The notes under the pieces: model-generated | What the model saw: the letters and a program-made list of their open reading frames with translations, nothing else | Database searches by the model: none | What the model was told of the DNA's origin: nothing | Source of the DNA: a virus | Virus record (IMG/VR): IMGVR_UViG_3300045988_103846 | Length of the DNA stretch: 64,000 nt | Strand: one strand, 5' to 3' | Program-made: the position numbers and the translations under genes | In this document: one piece after another, positions 26,155 to 32,924 of the stretch | How the letters are laid out: every line of letters begins with the position of its first letter | Numbering within the stretch: position 1 is the stretch's first letter

Positions 26155-26642
26155 GATTTGAATTCTTTGAGAAGGGTTTTCATCATGTCTTTCATCTCAC
26201 CCATAGTGTCTTCCACTTTGGAGAAACGATCTTCAATTTGAGTGAATCTAGCTTCGGTCTCTTGTTTCTCTTTGAGGGCAGGATTGAGGTCACCCAAAAG
26301 CTTCTGGGATTTCTCCAGGACCTCTTTCTGTTTGTCTACTGAAGCCAAGATCTGCTCTGCAGCATTCTTCATTGCTTCTATTTCACAGATGAGACTACCC
26401 TTGTCTGTAGCAAGAACTAAATTGCCAGCATAGGTAACCACCAGATCATCTGGTATAGCATAAGGTCTAGTAGAGCCGTTTATCTCAATGGAGACATCTA
26501 CCAGTGTCTCCATCTTACTGGTCTTGGGATTGATCTCTACTCTTGGCTGGGAGACTGACAAAGTCTTGCCCTGAGTAACTGTGAGATCTTCTTTATTGAG
26601 AATGTATATCGGGTAGTTGGGTTTCAAATCTTTGAATGTCAT
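26151..26642 (-). CDS. hypothetical protein with C-terminal coiled coil
   Basis: Start set to the ATG at 26642 (MTFKDLKPNYP). The track's GTG start at 26699 would run through the terminator hairpin. Confidence 0.6.
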   Translation of the reverse strand: MTFKDLKPNYPIYILNKEDLTVTQGKTLSVSQPRVEINPKTSKMETLVDVSIEINGSTRPYAIPDDLVVTYAGNLVLATDKGSLICEIEAMKNAAEQILASVDKQKEVLEKSQKLLGDLNPALKEKQETEARFTQIEDRFSKVEDTMGEMKDMMKTLLKEFKS

Positions 26643-26667
26643 ATCTTGAGTCTTTAAGTTTATAAAC

Positions 26668-26697
26668 AAAAAAGCCCGGAGACTGTTATCCCCGGGC
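26668..26697 (-). terminator. rho-independent terminator after the 274-aa gene
   Basis: The minus strand reads GCCCGG-GGATAACAGTCT-CCGGGC followed by TTTTTTG. Confidence 0.7.
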
Positions 26698-26728
26698 ACC
26701 TACATGAAAACGAATTTATTTTGAGCGA

Positions 26729-27553
26729 TTACGCTGAGGCAGTGGTCGTTGTAGTAGTCTTCAGGGCTGCTATGAGAGCGGCATTCTGTCTCTGTTGTGA
26801 GAGCTCAAGACGAGCATCATTGTACCTCTGCTGGAGGTCCTGCTGCCAGTGAACGTTGAGAAGATCCATGATCTTCTGGGTGTTGTCCTGGTTAGCACGA
26901 ATGATGTCGCACTTGTCTTGCTGAGCCTGGAAGGCCGTGGCGGAGAAGCCTCTCTCAATACTTGTGTTAGTCCGATCGAAACCAGACTGCATAGCATTTA
27001 TGATGTCTTTCTGGCCGAGCTGATTCTCGTAGCCCATCTTGATGATAGACTGCTGAGTCTGGCAGCAGCAATCCTTGAGAGCCTGAGTGAGCTGGAGGTT
27101 GCCCGTGAGGACAGCATTGATAACCTTCTCAGCATTAGAGTCAGCCTTTCCAGCCAGCAGGGCAATACCCTGGCGAACATCGCAGATAGCACCCTGGAGG
27201 GTGTTGAAATCGCAATTGAGGTTACCAGCAAGCTGGTTGATAGCAGAGTTAACTCCCTTGACCGCATCCATGACGAGGTTGGAGTTCTGGTTGTCTTGCA
27301 TCTGGGTTCTGATTGCAGAAAGCTGGTTCTGTATCTCGGAATCCTGCAGGCCCTCCCGATGGTTGCCCCACATACGGTTAGCGAACATCATCCATACGAG
27401 ATAGATGAACGGGTTGTTGTTCCAGTTGTTTGCACCTCCGTTGAGAGCAGCGGCCATGGCCATAGGATCAGTCTGATTCTTCTGGCTGAGGAGTGCATAC
27501 AGAGCATCATTACTGTCACGATCACAGTAGATCTTTTCAATAGTATCTGCCAT
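26729..27553 (-). CDS. Q/N-rich protein of unknown function, strongly codon-biased (probably abundant)
   Basis: 274-aa ORF. It uses C-ending codons like the capsid and sheath genes and has a stop-free antisense frame. It has its own leader of about 190 nt and is flanked by terminator-like hairpins. Confidence 0.75.
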   Translation of the reverse strand: MADTIEKIYCDRDSNDALYALLSQKNQTDPMAMAAALNGGANNWNNNPFIYLVWMMFANRMWGNHREGLQDSEIQNQLSAIRTQMQDNQNSNLVMDAVKGVNSAINQLAGNLNCDFNTLQGAICDVRQGIALLAGKADSNAEKVINAVLTGNLQLTQALKDCCCQTQQSIIKMGYENQLGQKDIINAMQSGFDRTNTSIERGFSATAFQAQQDKCDIIRANQDNTQKIMDLLNVHWQQDLQQRYNDARLELSQQRQNAALIAALKTTTTTTASA

Positions 27554-27665
27554 AATTTTGGTGATTTTAGATTAGTGTTATGAATAAAATGGGTTAGAAC
27601 GATACAGGAGAATTGAAAAAACCCTTGGCGCCTTTTAGATTTTTCGCATCCCTTGTATTTAATAT

Positions 27666-27678
27666 AAAACTGGTCTTG
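27666..27678 (-). promoter_or_regulatory. copy 1 of the conserved 13-mer CAAGACCAGTTTT (minus-strand reading)
   Basis: The plus strand reads AAAACTGGTCTTG. Identical 13-mers occur at 41791-41803 and 63300-63312, all upstream of minus-strand genes. Confidence 0.5.
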
Positions 27679-27744
27679 TGTTTTAATGCCTGAATGTGAA
27701 TCAGTTACGAATGGGCAGAAGATGGCCACATGGCCTTTGGTTCA

Positions 27745-27803
27745 CAAAAAGAAAGGAAGATCACCGATTATAGGGTACCTATAAATTTTGGCAATCTTCC
27801 TTC
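27745..27803 (-). terminator. terminator-like compound hairpin after the 934-aa gene
   Basis: The 9-bp stem AAGGAAGAT/ATCTTCCTT (27753-27761 with 27794-27802) encloses a smaller hairpin TATAGG-GTA-CCTATA. On the minus strand it is followed by TCTTTTTG. Confidence 0.4.
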
Positions 27804-27815
27804 AAATTTTGGCAA

Positions 27816-30620
27816 CTAGCTAATTAGGGCAATCCATGATTCACCAGTGGCAGCACTAACATCCATCGTACAATCATTATTCAAGGATCCAAAATCCCAG
27901 CCCCCATAAGATTGATCACCATCCTCATCAAACGGAGCTAACCACTTATCACCAGCAACCACAGTATCACTATCAGGACTCGTACCTACTGAGAATCCAA
28001 AACTCATATTAGCTGAAATAGGCTCTGCGGTTAAATTTATATGTCCATCATGGGCTTCTGAAATTGTGGTATAAACACCATCATTGTTAATCAAGAATAT
28101 CTCCCATCCATCAAAGATTATATAATTAGTTGACTGAGTCAACGGTATAACTCGATAGAAGCTTATATTCTTAATTATATTACCGTCTGAATCGGTTGAA
28201 GTGTTAATGTTGTCAAAAGGTTGAATAGGGATCACCGGAGCATAGCATATCTCGCTTCCTGCATGGTAATAAAGACGTAAGAATGCTTTTATACCATAAT
28301 CTGTAGGATCTTGTGAAAAGGCCACAGGGAATGTGCCCGTAAGGGTCATCTTACGAGTAGAAAGCATGTTCACACCGTAAGTCTCTGAGAGCTCTATAGA
28401 GTTCGTATTTCCTGAAGCTGCAAAGTCTAACAGCTGATTCTTCAGATTAGAAGTAATAAGGTCATACTCATAGAACACAAAAGTAGTATTGGTAAAGTGA
28501 GTCTTAGAAGTGGATCCAAACACTGGAACTACGTTAGCTTGGGTACTTCCATTCTTAACCCAGAAGTAGAGATAGTTGTAACCCTGCCAATCACCTTCAT
28601 TAAGCTTACTAGATAGCTGTTCTATAACAGAGTGTGCAACTGATAGACCAAGATCACTGTCATTTACATAATCAGTTGTCCCTAATTCAATATGATCTTC
28701 ATTAAACTCATTGAGAGTTCCAAATGGTGATACACAAATGGTGATATCGCCTGAAGAGACATTCAACTTACCACAAACTTCATGAGTAATAGTGAGAGTG
28801 TGAGCTTGTTCAGCAGAAGCATCCTGTGTACAATTGCAAGTGGCAATCACATCTCCAGTAGAAGCTTTAAGAACGAGATCAAAGGTTCTCTCTGAAGAAG
28901 TGTTAACATCCGGTGCCAGAGACAAGCTCTTATTTCCGGTACCACTTATTGGTAGCGAGTTGCCACTTACTAAACTGTTGCCAACGTAAGAAGGACCATC
29001 GATAGTCCAACCAACATTATCTGGATCAGAGATATTCAAATCCAAGCCTGATGGGGATAGATCACTTTGACCATTGCTGTCAAAGCGGAATGTAGTAGGA
29101 ACATTCCAAGAAGGACTAACTAAAGATTCCTGATGGTAGGATATAGATGCTGTAGTTGACTTGTTCCCCTCGCCCGTTATCTTCATTTCAATAGTATCAT
29201 CTCTGCTTAGGCCCGTGATGTTCTTACCAACAGTGGCCTTGAGATTAAGCTCATCAATGGTTACCAAACTTGGTACTGATGTGAACTCATAGGTAAAATC
29301 AGTTATAGTTCTAGTAGCACCAGAAGTATAGGTGGCTGTCTGGTTCGGGGATACCTTAGCGGCTATATCTACATCCCCACCAGTCTTTGGAATGTTTACA
29401 GTTGTAGATGTGGCATTAACTGATGAATAGGTTACTTGGTTGGCCTGTTGGTACACATCAATGCTTTGGGTTACTTTAGAGCCATTCCAGGTTATAGTGG
29501 CTGTAACTGTGTCAAGTTTTGTTCTGGCCTTAACAGTTGAACCAAGATTTGAGCCGTTTACCGTTTTAGACAACGTAATGATAACATCTGAGGATGTTAT
29601 AGAAAGAGTATCGGATTCTCCAGAAGAATAATCAATCTTGCCTGAAGCTGAGATAAAGTTTGGTGAGTCAGCTGAGCCACCAGATGCTGGGATATCGTCT
29701 AATGAAACAGAAGCAGAGCTTAAAGTGTAGGTGGCCTTATTAGAACCCTGTTTTACAGAGTCGGTGGAAGTTAAGGTCTGACCATTAACGATAATGGTTA
29801 TCTTAATAAGGGCTAACTTATAAGAATCAGTGATGTTCTTTCCCAGAGAATCCATAACTAGCTCTCCTGTTTGCTCGTTTAAGGTCCAGTTATAAGGGGA
29901 ACCAGGAGGATCAGTATAATAAGTGTATTTTACAGAATGAGAAGAATTAGATTGTGTAAGAGTTCCACCACCGGATGTTTTGCCATTCCATCCCCAAGGG
30001 ATTGAAAATTCGTAAGAAGGGGTAGCAACTCCTCCTTCTGCGCCGATATTCCAATTAGAATATCTCATATTGACACTTGCAGTGCCGTAGGTCTTCTCGC
30101 CTTCTGTCTGGGTAATAGTGATGATTTTAGAAGATACCCCAGGATCACCCGAATCTCGAAGCCTGAAAGTGATGTCCCTAGAGTTCTCTGTCTGATTCTC
30201 CGCCACGTCAAAAGAGATCTCAAAAGTGTAAGAGCTAGATGCTCCAGGATCACCCGATATCTGATGAGAGGCGTTCCCGTCCCAGGAATAGGCCGTCCCG
30301 TTTACCTTAAGGGCAAAGTTTGAAAGTAAAGAAGAATTAGTGAGATTAGTCAGCTTCAGAGACGGCGAGTTGCTAGTGCCAGTGATTTTCACGGTGCCAC
30401 CAAGAGCTGTGACAAAATAATAAGCCTTGTCTACTGTGATAAACTCACCAGCTCCAATCTGTGAGAGAACTACAGAATCATAGGCCCCACCAGAGGTAAC
30501 ACCTTTGATAGAGCCTGATCTGCTTGACCTTCCAGTATGGGAGCTTGCTTTTAATGATCTTGTTCCTGAGCCACTTCCTGTAGACCCAGATACTACAGTG
30601 ATCCAACTTGGTTTTGCCAT
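27816..30620 (-). CDS. BACON/Ig-like-repeat virion surface protein (934 aa)
   Basis: Starts MAKPSWITVVSGSTGSGSGT...HTGRSSRSGSIKG...VVLSQIGAGEFITV (BACON-like). Repeated module ends ITITQTEGEKTYG, IDVYQQANQVTYS, ISYHQESL. S/T/G-rich. Confidence 0.65.
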   Translation of the reverse strand: MAKPSWITVVSGSTGSGSGTRSLKASSHTGRSSRSGSIKGVTSGGAYDSVVLSQIGAGEFITVDKAYYFVTALGGTVKITGTSNSPSLKLTNLTNSSLLSNFALKVNGTAYSWDGNASHQISGDPGASSSYTFEISFDVAENQTENSRDITFRLRDSGDPGVSSKIITITQTEGEKTYGTASVNMRYSNWNIGAEGGVATPSYEFSIPWGWNGKTSGGGTLTQSNSSHSVKYTYYTDPPGSPYNWTLNEQTGELVMDSLGKNITDSYKLALIKITIIVNGQTLTSTDSVKQGSNKATYTLSSASVSLDDIPASGGSADSPNFISASGKIDYSSGESDTLSITSSDVIITLSKTVNGSNLGSTVKARTKLDTVTATITWNGSKVTQSIDVYQQANQVTYSSVNATSTTVNIPKTGGDVDIAAKVSPNQTATYTSGATRTITDFTYEFTSVPSLVTIDELNLKATVGKNITGLSRDDTIEMKITGEGNKSTTASISYHQESLVSPSWNVPTTFRFDSNGQSDLSPSGLDLNISDPDNVGWTIDGPSYVGNSLVSGNSLPISGTGNKSLSLAPDVNTSSERTFDLVLKASTGDVIATCNCTQDASAEQAHTLTITHEVCGKLNVSSGDITICVSPFGTLNEFNEDHIELGTTDYVNDSDLGLSVAHSVIEQLSSKLNEGDWQGYNYLYFWVKNGSTQANVVPVFGSTSKTHFTNTTFVFYEYDLITSNLKNQLLDFAASGNTNSIELSETYGVNMLSTRKMTLTGTFPVAFSQDPTDYGIKAFLRLYYHAGSEICYAPVIPIQPFDNINTSTDSDGNIIKNISFYRVIPLTQSTNYIIFDGWEIFLINNDGVYTTISEAHDGHINLTAEPISANMSFGFSVGTSPDSDTVVAGDKWLAPFDEDGDQSYGGWDFGSLNNDCTMDVSAATGESWIALIS

Positions 30621-30654
30621 GATGATTCTGTTTTTAGAAAAAATTAGAAGATGA

Positions 30655-30672
30655 GAGGGGTTTCGCCCCCTC
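30655..30672 (-). terminator. GC-rich hairpin between the two BACON-repeat genes (weak terminator candidate)
   Basis: GAGGGG-TTTCGC-CCCCTC. On the minus strand the T-run begins about 10 nt after the stem. Confidence 0.35.
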
Positions 30673-30688
30673 CCACCTTATGACAGTC

Positions 30689-32341
30689 TTATTCAAGAGT
30701 CCAGCTGTCGTTTGACTCTATAGTGAGCTCCTTGGATTCTCCGGCAGCCACAAAGGTGAGGCTCTCTGGAGTGAGGTTGATGTAGGAAGAAGACCCCTGC
30801 TGACTAAACGTGAAGTCTCTGGTGGCAGTCTTGCTGCCCTCGCCGGTGACAGTAACTGTCACTACAAAGCCTCCACGAGGCTCCGTAGTAGGGTTGGCTC
30901 CAACAGAGACGATGCCGTCAGAAGAGAGAGCAAACCCAGTTGCGGCGGTCTTGACCTTTGGACTGAGATCAAAGACAACCGCAGCAGTAGTGCTGGCCTC
31001 TGTTCTGGTGGCGCCAGAAGTATAGGTGACAGTCTGCTTAGCTCCAACATTGGAGTTGTCGGTCATGTTGCGGCTTTGGGTACCATCTGCCTTGAGTGAA
31101 ATCTCTGTGGCAACGGCAGAGTCAAAGGTGATGTCACCGTAAGTGGCGGTATTGGCTGCCTGATATACATCCACAGAAGCGGACTTGGTAGCTGTAGTCT
31201 TCCAGGTAACTGTAGCAGTGAGAGTGCCTTTCTTAGTTCTGTTGGTAACAGTAGTACCAAGTGAAGCAGCTGAAACTCCCTCACTAAATGTGATGGTACA
31301 ATCATCAGAGCCGTTGGTGAGGGCAACATCACTGGTGACTGAACCTGAGGTATAGGTTTTGGAACCCTTGGCTGTAACGGTGGCAGAAGATACTGAACCT
31401 CCGGAAGCTGGGATGTCAGCTGGAGCAGCCAGTTTCACATCTGTAACGGCATAGGTTACAGAGTTAGCCTGCTGGCTAACTGAAACTTCCTTGGAAGCGG
31501 ACTTGCCGTTAGCCGTGAGGGTGATGGTCACTGTTCCTGAAATTACCGCACCAACAGTAGTGCCACGGGAAGCCGCAGTCACCTGACCCGTAGCTGTGGC
31601 AAGGGTAAGGGCTTCTGGCCAGCCCGTCTTAGTTGCATAAGCAACAGTGCCACCGGTAGTAATGGTGCCACCCCCCGAGGTAACACCGTTCCATCCCCAA
31701 GGCTGGGAGAAGGAAACAGAAGGAGCATCAACTGTACCACCGGCAGCAGGGATTTGCTGATAAGTGCCCACGGTGAGGGTAACAGCACCATAAGACTTAA
31801 CACCCTTGGCCTGAGTGATGGTGATAGCTTCTGTGGTCACATCGCCGTTACCATTCTGAAGCTTGATCTCCAATGTTCTGGCAGCTTCTGTCTTGTTCTC
31901 TGGGATCTTGACGTCGATAGTGAAGGTGAATTCTGCATTCTTACCCGGATCGTCATCAATGCCCGTGTCAGTCTTTCCATCCCAAGAATCATCATTGACT
32001 GCGTTGACTTGGATCTTGTAGGCTGCCCCAGGGATAATCTTGCCCGTAGTCTCGGCCACCTTGATGTTTGCCGTATTTGCGGTACCAGTGATCTGAATGG
32101 TGTCAGAACCGTCAGAGTTGCTACCTTTTGCAGCGGCATTGTAAGTCTTGGTCGGCACATTAATGAACTCAGCCTTACCGGCCTGAGAAACTGAAGTAGT
32201 GTCGGTTGCACCTCCAGTTGTTTTAGCAGTGATTGTTCCACCTCTCTGCTGACGACCCGTGTACTCACTGGCGGTAACAGTTGTGGAATCGTTCATGGAA
32301 CCTGAGCTCTTGCCCAGTTTGATCCAACTCGGTTTTGCCAT
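30689..32341 (-). CDS. BACON/Ig-like-repeat virion surface protein (550 aa)
   Basis: Starts MAKPSWIKLGKSSGS...YTGRQQRGGTITA...SVSQAGKAEFINV. Module ends ITITQAKGVKSYG, VSVSQQANSVTYA, VDVYQAANTATYG, FTFSQQGSSSY. Ends ...KELTIESNDSWTLE. T/A/G-rich and GC-rich relative to its neighbours. Confidence 0.65.
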   Translation of the reverse strand: MAKPSWIKLGKSSGSMNDSTTVTASEYTGRQQRGGTITAKTTGGATDTTSVSQAGKAEFINVPTKTYNAAAKGSNSDGSDTIQITGTANTANIKVAETTGKIIPGAAYKIQVNAVNDDSWDGKTDTGIDDDPGKNAEFTFTIDVKIPENKTEAARTLEIKLQNGNGDVTTEAITITQAKGVKSYGAVTLTVGTYQQIPAAGGTVDAPSVSFSQPWGWNGVTSGGGTITTGGTVAYATKTGWPEALTLATATGQVTAASRGTTVGAVISGTVTITLTANGKSASKEVSVSQQANSVTYAVTDVKLAAPADIPASGGSVSSATVTAKGSKTYTSGSVTSDVALTNGSDDCTITFSEGVSAASLGTTVTNRTKKGTLTATVTWKTTATKSASVDVYQAANTATYGDITFDSAVATEISLKADGTQSRNMTDNSNVGAKQTVTYTSGATRTEASTTAAVVFDLSPKVKTAATGFALSSDGIVSVGANPTTEPRGGFVVTVTVTGEGSKTATRDFTFSQQGSSSYINLTPESLTFVAAGESKELTIESNDSWTLE

Positions 32342-32371
32342 ACTTTTTAATGGTTTTAGAAAGTTAATAAA

Positions 32372-32551
32372 TTAACCTTTGTTAGGTGTTTCGTCGTTGT
32401 ATTTAACTCCAAGAGTCCATGGAGCATTAGACTCTATAGTTAGATCTTTAGTGCTCTCTGGGTCCGGGAATTCTAAGTTCTCTGGAACAAGTTTGATAAA
32501 CTCATCCAGAGGTTGATGCTTGTGCATCATCAGAGCTCTAAATACACTCAT
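32372..32551 (-). CDS. 59-aa ORF carrying a BACON-like N-terminal half module
   Basis: Not in the ORF track (below the cutoff). MSVFRALMMHKHQPLDEFIKLVPENLEFPDPESTKDLTIESNAPWTLGVKYNDETPNKG. Its last part is 16/27 identical to the C-terminus of the 550-aa protein. It is in frame with the 550-aa ORF, separated by one TAA and nine sense codons. Confidence 0.5.
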   Translation of the reverse strand: MSVFRALMMHKHQPLDEFIKLVPENLEFPDPESTKDLTIESNAPWTLGVKYNDETPNKG

Positions 32552-32554
32552 AGC

Positions 32555-32911
32555 TTAGGCTTTTGGAAATTCTCCCCAGACAGCCAGAGACCCGATCACT
32601 GAGATCACATATATGTGATCAGCTTGAGTGACAGGAGCCTCACCGTTCATCCATTTGATGGTGGAGTCACCCACGATAGCATGGATGGTTGCTCCCACTT
32701 CGATAGTATAGACAGTCTCTTTGTGAGATGCGCTTGCCTGAACAATGTAATCGTTCTCGAGCTCTGGGACATCTACGTAGGTGACACCATCTAGTCTATC
32801 CAGTACTTGTTTTACGTCCTCATTCTTATATTTTACCTGATCTGAGTTTGTGACATATTGGCCCTCTAATGGTCGTCTTAGTTCGCCATAGATCTTGATA
32901 TAATCTGCCAT
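32555..32911 (-). CDS. hypothetical protein (downstream of tail fibre; possible fibre accessory)
   Basis: 118-aa ORF with ATG start. No motif recognised. Confidence 0.6.
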   Translation of the reverse strand: MADYIKIYGELRRPLEGQYVTNSDQVKYKNEDVKQVLDRLDGVTYVDVPELENDYIVQASASHKETVYTIEVGATIHAIVGDSTIKWMNGEAPVTQADHIYVISVIGSLAVWGEFPKA

Positions 32912-32924
32912 GATATTCTAAGTT

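Noticed and set aside
26849-27583. 244-aa plus-strand ORF antisense to the 274-aa gene. Similar long antisense or alternative-frame ORFs occur at 26998-27267, 27087-27404, 30810-31025, 31063-31332, 31579-32268, 55546-56016, 55953-56243 and 56418-56828.
   Set aside because: They all lie inside strongly codon-biased, GC-richer genes (Q/N-rich gene, BACON genes, capsid, decoration). Biased codon use there removes stops from other frames. They have no gene-like spacing, and the sense ORFs carry recognisable repeats or module context.
27786-27815. TTTTGGCAA motif as a specific regulatory site (copies at 18351, 18672, 27786 and 27807).
   Set aside because: The four intergenic copies are suggestive, but the same 9-mer also occurs inside a coding region (111-119), and a 9-mer is expected by chance about once per window. 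I kept it only as a note within other findings.
27816-32341. Diversity-generating retroelement targeting the paralogous surface proteins.
   Set aside because: No reverse transcriptase ORF appears in the window, and I saw no template/variable repeat pair with adenine-specific differences. The similarity between the two genes is confined to the N-terminal module and module boundaries.
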